64,000 nt of DNA from an uncultured virus (IMG/VR IMGVR_UViG_3300020037_002893) (Duplodnaviria > Heunggongvirae > Uroviricota > Caudoviricetes): the IMG/VR virus record IMGVR_UViG_3300020037_002893; one strand, 5' to 3'. The stretch's first letter is position 1. Every line of letters begins with the position of its first letter. Positions 56,498-64,000 of this stretch are shown here, one piece after another. The notes below the pieces were generated by a model, which was given only the letters and a program-made list of their open reading frames with translations, was not told the DNA's origin and did no database searches. A program made the position numbers and the translations under genes.

Positions 56498-56889
56498 TTC
56501 TTTGGCAGATGAATTTTTCTTAATACTAAGCCAGTCCTGCGGACTTCATTCCTCACGCTCGGCTCCTCCTCCTTTTTCCTACCGACAAGGAACTCGTCCC
56601 TGATTTCCTTTTCAAACACTGCCAAGGTGGCAGAAGGCCAAGCACCCTCGAAAGCTATTTCACGCCATATATTCTCACGACTACTCCGTCTGAAATAAAA
56701 GGCTCCTTGGAGGCAGGCTCCTGGTGCTTCGTTCTCGTATGCCTTCTTGTCAAGGTATCGCATGCCGTCTTCTCCGTGGCGGGAGAGATCCTCAAGGAAC
56801 ACGATCCAGAGGAAGGGGTAGTCAGGAAGGAACGCAGCGCGAAGGAGTGCCCCCTTGGTGCCGTCCAGATATGGAGGTGATTGATTCAT
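56494..56889 (-). CDS. hypothetical protein
   Basis: L.GAF.F......W; ends RKIHLPKK. Confidence 0.5.
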   Translation of the reverse strand: MNQSPPYLDGTKGALLRAAFLPDYPFLWIVFLEDLSRHGEDGMRYLDKKAYENEAPGACLQGAFYFRRSSRENIWREIAFEGAWPSATLAVFEKEIRDEFLVGRKKEEEPSVRNEVRRTGLVLRKIHLPKK

Positions 56890-56919
56890 GGCCTGCGTTC
56901 CTTCCTTCCTTGTCCCAGC

Positions 56920-57630
56920 TTACTTGGTCTTCTGTTTCGGACCCGTTGGGGTTGGCTCCTCCGGCAGGGCAGGATCAGAATCATGGTCAGGTGCCTCCGT
57001 TGTTTCATCCTCTGCCAGCTCCCGGAACTCCTCCACTGATTTCTTGAGCCAGAGCTGTTCCGTGGTCAAGGAGGCGCGAAGCTTCTGGAGCCGCTCAATC
57101 TCCTTGTCAATGTGCTGGTTCTCTTTCTCGACTTCCTTCAGACGGTCACGAAGTCCCTTGGCAATCGTGAACGAGGCTTGGGAATGCTCCTGCTTGATCT
57201 TCGCATGGACAGCAGAGAAGACAGATGTTGGCAAGGTCTTCTCAGCATGGATGGAAGGACGATCCGGGAGCGGGGCAACTGCCTCCTCGGCCCCGTGTTC
57301 CTCTTCGTCCAGTTCAAAGGGGGACTTTGATGGGGGCTGGTAGATTGGAGGGACGGGAGATGGTGGCGCGAAGGACTTCTGCGCGGGAAGGAAGATTCCG
57401 GCAGGCGTTTCCACCATGCTGTCCTGCGTGACGGGGCACCGGAGCCATGCGTGCCCGTGGGAGTCCCTGTTGACGATGGGAAGGATAGCATGATGACCCT
57501 TGCAAGAGGGGCACGTCTGCGCCGTGCTGACGCACTCGCTCGCTTGGACTTCCTCCCCTCTGCGGAAGGTGATCTGCTTTCCACTGGCACGGTCTGCCGC
57601 TGCTTGGTCGATTGCTCTTTTGTTGCTCAT
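56920..57630 (-). CDS. hypothetical zinc-finger / coiled-coil protein
   Basis: CPSC...CP; C-terminal coiled coil. Confidence 0.55.
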   Translation of the reverse strand: MSNKRAIDQAAADRASGKQITFRRGEEVQASECVSTAQTCPSCKGHHAILPIVNRDSHGHAWLRCPVTQDSMVETPAGIFLPAQKSFAPPSPVPPIYQPPSKSPFELDEEEHGAEEAVAPLPDRPSIHAEKTLPTSVFSAVHAKIKQEHSQASFTIAKGLRDRLKEVEKENQHIDKEIERLQKLRASLTTEQLWLKKSVEEFRELAEDETTEAPDHDSDPALPEEPTPTGPKQKTK

Positions 57631-57666
57631 GGCTTGTTCTCTCTTTCTTGTTGTTGGTTTCTCTCT

Positions 57667-57936
57667 TCACTGCTCCTCGACGGCCAGCACCTTGGACTCC
57701 TCTACGAGGATGGCGTCCAGCTTGCCGAAGGTGAGATGGGTTCCCAGGTGCTTTGGGACAAGGATACGATCCCCGGCATCAAGCCCTTGGACAGTCTGCT
57801 CGCCGAAGGCCAGCACCGTTCCCCATACGGGGGTTTCCTTGGCGATGTCGGGGATGACGATACCGCCATGGCTTAGCTCATCTGGCTTGTCCGGTTTGAC
57901 AAGCAGAATGTTATGTAATGGGACGAACGTTTTCAT
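57667..57936 (-). CDS. groES: co-chaperonin GroES-like
   Basis: PL....LV, GGIVIPD.AKE.P..GTVLA.G, GDR.L..K..GT, E..VLA. Confidence 0.9.
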   Translation of the reverse strand: MKTFVPLHNILLVKPDKPDELSHGGIVIPDIAKETPVWGTVLAFGEQTVQGLDAGDRILVPKHLGTHLTFGKLDAILVEESKVLAVEEQ

Positions 57937-57995
57937 GGGGGTAAATATAACCCTTCTTTAGGGTAAGTAAAGCGGGGTAAAATTTGCAAACGTTT

Positions 57996-58310
57996 TCAAA
58001 AGTCGAAGCCGATGGGCATACGCCAGTCGGCCCTGTTGTAGCAGCTAATGCCAACCACGGAGTCTCCAGACCTAGTCCACCGGAGAGTCCTGTGGAGTTC
58101 AGCATCGAGGATAGCCTCCGCTGATACCTCAAGCATGTGCCCTGCCTTCGCAGTCGGTTGGTCGAAGGGCATCCTCTCGAAGTCCTTGTTGAGGGATTCC
58201 ACAATCAGATCCTGCGACTGCTTGGAGCGGCAGAACATCCACTTGATTGACGGCTTCGCATCCGGGGTGGAGGAAGAAGGAGAGATGATGATGATACTGT
58301 AGATTTCCAT
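57996..58310 (-). CDS. hypothetical protein
   Basis: Stop supplied by the repeated motif. Confidence 0.45.
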   Translation of the reverse strand: MEIYSIIIISPSSSTPDAKPSIKWMFCRSKQSQDLIVESLNKDFERMPFDQPTAKAGHMLEVSAEAILDAELHRTLRWTRSGDSVVGISCYNRADWRMPIGFDF

Positions 58311-58339
58311 GGTGATTGCTCTCTGGTTGATCTTTGTTC

Positions 58340-58567
58340 TCAGACGCTGGCCTCTTGTCTCTCCTTGCGGTTGGCAAGGCGAAGCTCGATCCCCTTGGCG
58401 AAGCGGATTTTACCCGACCTGCTCTTCAGCTCATAGATGCGATGCTGGCTCTTTTCACTCCGCTGGGCAATGTCCCGGATGGAGTAAATCTCCTGCCTCC
58501 CATAGGGGGCATCAGTGGTGAATTTGACGAGGGCGTCTTTGGTCAGTTCTTGTGGTTTCCTTTTCAT
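58340..58567 (-). CDS. small basic protein, possible HTH
   Basis: SIRDIAQRS...RIY; N-terminus shared with 59780..60481. Confidence 0.5.
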   Translation of the reverse strand: MKRKPQELTKDALVKFTTDAPYGRQEIYSIRDIAQRSEKSQHRIYELKSRSGKIRFAKGIELRLANRKERQEASV

Positions 58568-58598
58568 GGCTTAGTTTTGTTGGTGGTTGTTAGGAAGA

Positions 58599-58814
58599 TC
58601 AAGAGAGCTGTTGCTCGGCCTGCATGAGATCATACTCGCTCACGATTGTTGCCTGTCCCTTGACGACCTCGACGATTTTCTTGGGGATGTAGGAGTTACT
58701 TCCATTAGCCTTGCGGACGGCGCGGCTGTGCTTGGCACTGGCCTTGACCGAAGCCACCAGAGTCCTGTGGCTGGAGATTTTACGATTGTTGAAGGTGTCG
58801 ATAAGCTGGAACAT
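58599..58814 (-). CDS. hypothetical protein
   Basis: L.DTFN...IS.HRT...A. Confidence 0.55.
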   Translation of the reverse strand: MFQLIDTFNNRKISSHRTLVASVKASAKHSRAVRKANGSNSYIPKKIVEVVKGQATIVSEYDLMQAEQQLS

Positions 58815-58874
58815 ATATTTGGTGGTTTAGAGGTTGTGAGGTTGCTTAACTTGTGACTTTGTATTCAATGGAGT

Positions 58875-59117
58875 TCATTCGATAGCGTCGTCACGAAGAA
58901 ACATGACGCTTGCGCCGTCCTCGCGTTGATAAGTTTTCCCATCGCGGAAAGCGACTACTGGGACACTCATGCACCTGTGCCCATAGGCGAGGAGATCGGT
59001 TGCGGGATCGTTACAGGCTTTACGCCAGTCACAGCCATCGCAGATGTTGCCGCCTTTTGCTGAGCCCTTCAACACAGCGCGATACCCAGCGGGGGCTTCG
59101 TTCGGATTGAGTTTCAT
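58875..59117 (-). CDS. hypothetical Cys-rich protein
   Basis: AP.GY.A, C.GC, C....R.DG..V.F. Confidence 0.55.
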   Translation of the reverse strand: MKLNPNEAPAGYRAVLKGSAKGGNICDGCDWRKACNDPATDLLAYGHRCMSVPVVAFRDGKTYQREDGASVMFLRDDAIE

Positions 59118-59163
59118 ATTGTGGGGAGATAGGCAGGGGGCTTGCGCCCCCCTGCTGGTTTCG

Positions 59164-59445
59164 TTAGATGCTGTCGATGATTGATTGGCAGACTCGGCAA
59201 TTTTGCCCTTTCAGGCCTTGCTTCCACTTGGCGAGTTTATCACTCACTTCGATTTTTGCGGCTTCCTTGTCGGTGGCTTCTACCTTGTAGGACTTTGCGC
59301 GAGGCATTGAGCATCCGCAGCAGTCGCAGGAGATTTTGATTTTGGCTTTCAGGATGCGGAGTGTTGTGTCTGTTGTCATGGTGGTGGCGATGTCTGCGAC
59401 TTCTTCGAGGCTCAGGAGGGAGAGTTTGTTTGCGATTGCGTTCAT
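59164..59445 (-). CDS. hypothetical zinc-ribbon protein
   Basis: CDCCG...C.VC; N-terminus related to 59442..59774. Confidence 0.55.
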   Translation of the reverse strand: MNAIANKLSLLSLEEVADIATTMTTDTTLRILKAKIKISCDCCGCSMPRAKSYKVEATDKEAAKIEVSDKLAKWKQGLKGQNCRVCQSIIDSI

Positions 59446-59774
59446 GGGGTGGGCAGGTTATTAGCGATAGCATGAGCCAGATTTTCACCGTTAGCGAGAT
59501 CAGGGTTCAAAATCAGAAAGAAATGATTTTCGGCATCATTCGCCATTAAGCGCAGTTGATCAGCGTCCCAGCTTTTTCTGGGTGGCAGTGAACGAGCTTT
59601 AGACCTCATATTTGTGATTTCAGCTTTGATTCCTTCGCTCGGCATTACCGCAAGCATTGCAATGAGATTTGCGAACTTGGATTGACGGGCGACGGCGTAG
59701 GATGTGATCGTTGTCATGGTGGTGGCGATTTCGGCGACTTGTTCGATGGGGAGATTGGAGAGCTTTTCGTTCAT
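59442..59774 (-). CDS. hypothetical protein
   Basis: N-terminus KLS.L..E.VA.IATTMTT shared with 59164..59445. Confidence 0.5.
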   Translation of the reverse strand: MNEKLSNLPIEQVAEIATTMTTITSYAVARQSKFANLIAMLAVMPSEGIKAEITNMRSKARSLPPRKSWDADQLRLMANDAENHFFLILNPDLANGENLAHAIANNLPTP

Positions 59775-59779
59775 GGTGA

Positions 59780-60481
59780 TTATGCGGGCCAGACGTTGGC
59801 CAGTTTGGTTGCACGGACCCATGCTTGGGCCGCAGCGTTGTTGACTCGGTCCTGATCGTCACGCAGGCCGATAAGCCTCTCTGCTGTTTCCTCTGACACT
59901 TCCACTGCCGGCGAGGCGTCACGTTGCTGCCAGATGTCTCCAGCAGAGCGGAAGATGCTCCACGCCAGCTTTATCAACTGGCGAGGGATGAGAATTTCCT
60001 TGCCTTCTGGCAGTCCTTTTGCCGTGGCGATTTTGTTCGCCCATCCGGGTAGCCTGACCCATCCCATGCGGGCAAGGTCCATGGCGAGATCTGCCGGGAC
60101 CGCGAAGCAAATCGGAAGCCCCGCTTCCGCGATTTTTCTGAGCAGATTGTATCCGCCCCGGAGCGTCTCCGGGGCGAAGTGGGAAGCTATGAAAATTTCC
60201 CCGACCTTGTAGAGGACGAGGAAATTCCGTCCATCCCGAACGAAGTGCGCTCCGCACTCCGCCCAGATGTTCCCGAGAAACTCGGGGTCTGTGGCCACGC
60301 GGCCACGGCGGACGATTGCCGAGGCGTATTGCTCGGCGATGCCGACCATTGCTTCGCGGTCGGCGTTGAGTGGGAATCTTTCAATTCCCATCCACTGCTC
60401 CGCTCTACCGCCCTTGTCGGGCTTGGCGGTGGTGAATTTGACGAGGGCGTCTTTGGTCAGTTCTTGTGGTTTCCTTTTCAT
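59780..60481 (-). CDS. mosaic hypothetical protein
   Basis: First about 32 aa are copied from two other genes in the window. Confidence 0.6.
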   Translation of the reverse strand: MKRKPQELTKDALVKFTTAKPDKGGRAEQWMGIERFPLNADREAMVGIAEQYASAIVRRGRVATDPEFLGNIWAECGAHFVRDGRNFLVLYKVGEIFIASHFAPETLRGGYNLLRKIAEAGLPICFAVPADLAMDLARMGWVRLPGWANKIATAKGLPEGKEILIPRQLIKLAWSIFRSAGDIWQQRDASPAVEVSEETAERLIGLRDDQDRVNNAAAQAWVRATKLANVWPA

Positions 60482-60513
60482 GGCTTAGTTTTGTTGGTGG
60501 TAACTCTCCTGGA

Positions 60514-60861
60514 TCAGTCGCAAAATCTGCGGGATTGGTAGTCGGTCTTGGCTGGCTTGCCAGCGGGGTATGTCACGTATCCGTAGATCGCGCACTCAAT
60601 CGCCCGATGGTTTTTGGTGTGAAGGAGGGAGACAACGCGCAGCCCGTCAAAGACGAGGGGATCGGTGTCGCCAGCGGCACGCTTGATCGCTTCGTTGGCC
60701 GCGTCCTTGTTGGGGTAGATGGCCATTGCGACCCCATCTTGCGCGTCGGCGCACGCTTGCTTATAATCGCCCTTGTCGTCGATGACGCCAATCGGGCAGG
60801 TGGTGCCCTGTTCGCGGGCGCTGGTAATGATGTAACCGTAGTTGGCTGGGAATGTTTGCAT
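60514..60861 (-). CDS. hypothetical protein
   Basis: First ORF after the repeat/promoter. Confidence 0.5.
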   Translation of the reverse strand: MQTFPANYGYIITSAREQGTTCPIGVIDDKGDYKQACADAQDGVAMAIYPNKDAANEAIKRAAGDTDPLVFDGLRVVSLLHTKNHRAIECAIYGYVTYPAGKPAKTDYQSRRFCD

Positions 60862-60904
60862 TGTCGTGGTGGTTTGGAGGTTGTGGGGTTGCTTTCTTCT
60901 TTAC

Positions 60905-61160
60905 GTTTGGAGATTAACCCTTTTTTTGCTAATGGTAAAGCTAAAAGATGATATTTCGTGAAAAAAGTCTGGGAACCCAGTAAAATAAAGGGTTCCAGCG
61001 TGTTGGTTTTAACTCTTTTTTGGCTCAACTAAGCCTAAAAACCCTAGCAAAAACGGTTAAAATGGCCCTTTTTGGCCGTATGTGAGCACAAAAAAGCCCT
61101 TCCGGGTGATGGAGGGGCTTTTTAACCTGAATGTTGGCTTACATTTGCAAACGTTTTCAA
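60905..61160. repeat. 256-bp AT-rich direct repeat, copy 2
   Basis: Matches 55425-55680 at an offset of 5480 bp. Confidence 0.92.
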
Positions 61161-61163
61161 ATC

Positions 61164-61400
61164 TCACTGCGTTCCAGGAACCGGAGGGGATGCTTTCTCA
61201 GGTGGTGGGGTAAACTGCGGATCGTCTGTCCAGGTGTCTGGACTAACTATGATCCTGACATTCACCTGTGCCCAGTCATCGAACTCCTGCACGGATCGAA
61301 AGTAAAGAGGCAGAGTCACTGTCTTGCGTGGGACGATGGAGCAGGAAGCGGTGGCAATCGCAAAGCTTACTAGGATAAGACAGGATAGGAGGGTTTTCAT
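61164..61400 (-). CDS. putative lipoprotein (o-spanin-like?)
   Basis: MKTLLSCLILVSFAIATASC lipobox-like signal; Pro-rich C-terminus. Confidence 0.5.
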   Translation of the reverse strand: MKTLLSCLILVSFAIATASCSIVPRKTVTLPLYFRSVQEFDDWAQVNVRIIVSPDTWTDDPQFTPPPEKASPPVPGTQ

Positions 61401-61771
61401 TCTGGCAGGTTCTTCGGTTGGGAGTGGACGGATACTTGAGCAGGCGACAGGCGCACCCAGAAGAGTCGAGTCAGACGGAAGTGCGTTGGAGAGAATCTCT
61501 CCACGAAGGGGGAAGTCCAGAAGCAATGAAAGTCTTCCTCCTTTGCTGGCCCTCCCTCTTCGGATTCCTCAAGGGAGCGGACGTGGATGTGCCTGCCGTC
61601 CCACTCGTCAAACGTCTCCGCTTGAATCAACAGATGGCAGGAGTTGCCCACGTCGAGCAGGTGCCGAAGGATGGCCTCTGCCAAGCGTTCAAACTCCCTG
61701 CACCCAAGAGAACCCGAAAAAGGATACTTGCGGCTCGTCTGGTATCCCAGGAAGTCAGATGGCTTGTTCAT
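61397..61771 (-). CDS. hypothetical protein
   Basis: ATGA overlap with the next gene. Confidence 0.45.
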   Translation of the reverse strand: MNKPSDFLGYQTSRKYPFSGSLGCREFERLAEAILRHLLDVGNSCHLLIQAETFDEWDGRHIHVRSLEESEEGGPAKEEDFHCFWTSPFVERFSPTHFRLTRLFWVRLSPAQVSVHSQPKNLPE

Positions 61772-61866
61772 TCGAGCTGGCTATTTTTTCGATGGAAGAT
61801 GCAAGGCTACGAAGCCAGTGATGATGGCGACAACAAGCAGGGCGAAGGATACCTCCAGAAAATATT

Positions 61867-62472
61867 TCATGGCTTGAGTGCGATGGCAGTTTCAGAGTTG
61901 GTCTTGGCAAGAGCCACCTTCGTTCCCTCACGGGTGACAGTGACTCGCTCGTTGGCTCCCACCTTGGCAAGTCCGAGAGTCTCGTTGTGTCCTGCGATCT
62001 TGTCGGCCTTCCAAGCCCCGATTCCCTCCTTGAAGACGGCGCCGGTCACTACAGTTCTTACCACGCGCCAAGTCCACCCTCCGAGCGTGTCCGCCATCGT
62101 GGAGTGATCCACGGTGCCCTGTATTTTGAGCTTACCCACCTCCAGCGCCGGAGGGGCCTGCACGTTCTCAACAGCGACCATCATATCCTTGTTGACGTAT
62201 CCTCCCCCGAGTATGGGGAGGCCCCCGTTCGTGGCCGAGTTGGAGTCTCCGACATGGCTGGTAGTGACTCCGATGTTACCCATCGTCGAGAAGGCGATAG
62301 TCTGGTTGCCCGTATTGGGGTCGAACTCCTTATAGCTTGTGCATCCAGATAGCGCCATCAGCAGCCAGAGGAGCAAGCAACACAGGCAGATGAAGCGAAT
62401 GTAAGCCCCCATGATCTTATCAGTTTGATCGCGTGAGTTCATCTTATTTAGAGAGGTTTGGCGACCTGACAC
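61867..62472 (-). CDS. putative lipoprotein
   Basis: Hydrophobic signal with LSGC lipobox. Confidence 0.6.
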   Translation of the reverse strand: MSGRQTSLNKMNSRDQTDKIMGAYIRFICLCCLLLWLLMALSGCTSYKEFDPNTGNQTIAFSTMGNIGVTTSHVGDSNSATNGGLPILGGGYVNKDMMVAVENVQAPPALEVGKLKIQGTVDHSTMADTLGGWTWRVVRTVVTGAVFKEGIGAWKADKIAGHNETLGLAKVGANERVTVTREGTKVALAKTNSETAIALKP

Positions 62473-62684
62473 GCTTTTTCCTGCTCTACAGCCGTGAGAT
62501 ACACCTCTTCAAGGGCGCCGATTTTCCTTGCCTCCGCCATGACTAGGGCGGCGACCAGGTCTATCTTGGAGGAAAGCGTGTCTCGCTGCTCCTGTAAGGT
62601 TTTCATGTCCTCGATGATGGAATCCCTTGTAGTGTTAGCTGCTTTGAGGCAGGCTTCCAGTTCTTCAACTTCTCTTCGGTTCAT
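62448..62684 (-). CDS. coiled-coil hypothetical protein
   Basis: Heptad pattern. Confidence 0.5.
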   Translation of the reverse strand: MNRREVEELEACLKAANTTRDSIIEDMKTLQEQRDTLSSKIDLVAALVMAEARKIGALEEVYLTAVEQEKACQVAKPL

Positions 62685-62720
62685 AGCGTAGTTTCTTTCT
62701 CTCTTTGGTTACTCGTAAAG

Positions 62721-63386
62721 TCATTTCCCGTAGTGCCTGCGCACCGGGATGCAGGCTTCCCCTTGTTCTTTGAGGAGTCTGTCCATGTCCTTGAAGGACA
62801 GAAAGCATTCACCTCTATCGCCCCAACCCCTGCCCCATGAATTGTGGAGCTTGAACATGCCCATGCGGTGATTGTATCCGATGCAGAGAATGGCGTGACC
62901 TCCGGCGAGCTTGCCAGTGGGGCGGATCAGTCCTCCGGCACTCGGCTCGAACATCCCCTCATACCAGTTGACTCCCAGCACAGCCGGACCCTGGTGCCCC
63001 ACCGCCAAGGCAAGATCGTCCACGCCGAAGGCCCAGCGGTATTCTCCATACCAGCCTCGCTCCTTCCCCGCCTTGATGGCTCCAAGAACGGAGGAGCCTT
63101 CGTAGTCCTCCCCTGCCCATTCGTCGAAATACTGAGCACGGTGGTATATCTCCCTAGCCAAGTCGTTGGACACTCCGGCAACCATCACCGGACGCGCCGC
63201 CGCCTCATGCGCCACGGCAAACCCCGTGCAAGCTCCCTCTCGTCCTTGGTCCAGCCATACCGGACATCCCCAAGTGTAGGAGCGGGGTTTCAATGGCACG
63301 GCCCCGGAGCGTAAGACAGCCGTGATAGGGTAATTGCGTGAGCGTTCGTCGAAACGGGTAACGCGGTCGAAGGTTCTGTCTTGCAT
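62721..63386 (-). CDS. papain-like (C1) cysteine peptidase
   Basis: DQG..G.C.GF, GHA....GY, NSWG..WG..G. Confidence 0.9.
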   Translation of the reverse strand: MQDRTFDRVTRFDERSRNYPITAVLRSGAVPLKPRSYTWGCPVWLDQGREGACTGFAVAHEAAARPVMVAGVSNDLAREIYHRAQYFDEWAGEDYEGSSVLGAIKAGKERGWYGEYRWAFGVDDLALAVGHQGPAVLGVNWYEGMFEPSAGGLIRPTGKLAGGHAILCIGYNHRMGMFKLHNSWGRGWGDRGECFLSFKDMDRLLKEQGEACIPVRRHYGK

Positions 63387-63400
63387 ACTGTTATTTTTTT

Positions 63401-64000
63401 TTAGTCAGCGTGAATGGGAATCTCCTGCCCTAAAGCCCCGCGAAGAAGGGACAGCCCATTCCTTCGCTCGCTAAAATCCCCAGGGGTGAACTCGTTGGGG
63501 GGAATGTCCGAGTCAATAAGTCCAATATGCTGGTAAGCTGCTGCGACAAGTTCCGAGCAGAAGATGGACGATAGATCCGGGTGGTTTCTCCCTCCAGGAC
63601 CGTCATACGCTGCCTTGAGCAGCTCCCTCTCATGTTGCTCGTATGGCCTTCCAACGAAGTCCTTCCTCAACTGCATGAGGCGTGACACGTCAATATCGGT
63701 GATGCCTGCCCCGAGCAGTTGGCGAACTACTACCTTCTTTGCTGAGCGTATGCTCTCGCTCAAGGGGACGACACGAACACCCTTTGTAGGAAGTCCCGTA
63801 TCCATGTCAACAAGGGGGGACAACGTCGTGGATTCCCAGATTGATAGGAAATCATACTCCAGCCGCAGGACCATCCCGATGTGGGAGTATTCGGAACGGG
63901 TAAAGAATTTTATGCTCGCACTGATGATCCCCCTCCCGGAGAAGAGGACAAGGTCGCCTGTGTTGAGCGTGGCGCGAATGTCTGAATAAAGCTTCTGCAT
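63401..64000 (-). CDS. permuted NlpC/P60 (YiiX/YebB-like) enzyme
   Basis: GDLVLF, SH.G, G.PY, FCSELV..AY, P..F.P.DF. Confidence 0.85.
   Translation of the reverse strand: MQKLYSDIRATLNTGDLVLFSGRGIISASIKFFTRSEYSHIGMVLRLEYDFLSIWESTTLSPLVDMDTGLPTKGVRVVPLSESIRSAKKVVVRQLLGAGITDIDVSRLMQLRKDFVGRPYEQHERELLKAAYDGPGGRNHPDLSSIFCSELVAAAYQHIGLIDSDIPPNEFTPGDFSERRNGLSLLRGALGQEIPIHAD

Larger units (their letters stand above)
21439..60940 (-). promoter_or_regulatory. family of sigma70-like phage promoters TTTAC(T/A)-N16/17-TA(T)nnT with an A-tract in the spacer
   Basis: Seen near 21465, 22555, 25215, 28435, 29112, 30768, 32088, 40836, 45382, 50016, 53780, 55458, 57970 and 60938. Confidence 0.75.
2638..61161. 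promoter_or_regulatory. dispersed operator-like motif TTTGAAAACGTTTGCAAA, 19 copies
   Basis: Copies start at 2638, 6885, 13307, 21479, 22568, 25432, 28448, 30174, 32098, 35949, 40299, 40849, 45393, 48129, 50769, 53793, 55664, 57983 and 61144. Confidence 0.9.

Noticed and set aside
2638..61161. The 18-bp motif as a CRISPR array
   Set aside because: Copies are kilobases apart, in both orientations, with no regular spacers
1..64000. Genome-wide TAG or TGA reassignment
   Set aside because: Long genes are intact under the standard code, and TAG/TGA end many genes right at the next start; only 2-3 isolated interruptions exist
1..64000. tRNA, rRNA, group I/II introns, DGR or retron reverse transcriptase
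   Set aside because: None recognised by eye; no RT motifs, and repeat mismatches are not adenine-specific. tRNAscan and Infernal were not run

Overview
About 64 kb of a tailed dsDNA phage or prophage. Every credible gene is on the minus strand except one IS5-family transposase, and no integrase or obvious repressor lies in the window. Order from the right end: papain-like and NlpC/P60-like peptidases and lipoproteins; a mosaic block of small putative early genes bounded by a 256-bp direct repeat; GroES; an IS5 element; a Ycf46-like AAA ATPase fractured by a split intein, with DUF1257- and DUF2997-like partners; a replication/recombination module (initiator with iterons, DnaB-like helicase, family A polymerase with an intein, primase, SSB, SF2 helicase, RecA-like, PD-(D/E)XK nucleases, RNase H); an accessory region; a DNA-modification cluster (ParB-like, C5 MTase, AsnB-like, CmoA-like); terminase; an intein-containing portal; HK97-type head genes; and head-tail genes. 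Main highlights: (1) three inteins in three architectures, one hiding an HNH endonuclease in an alternative reading frame; (2) an integron-like attC cassette array lying antisense to the phage genes; (3) a solitary type I-C CRISPR repeat (RNA anti-CRISPR candidate); (4) a 17-18 bp operator-like motif in 19 copies that supplies the TGA stop of nine genes and sits upstream of a conserved promoter; (5) a shared RR[KR][IV]x[LV] peptide near the ends of about 17 unrelated proteins; (6) a candidate cytosine hypermodification pathway. All calls are by-eye motif recognition. No database searches were run.
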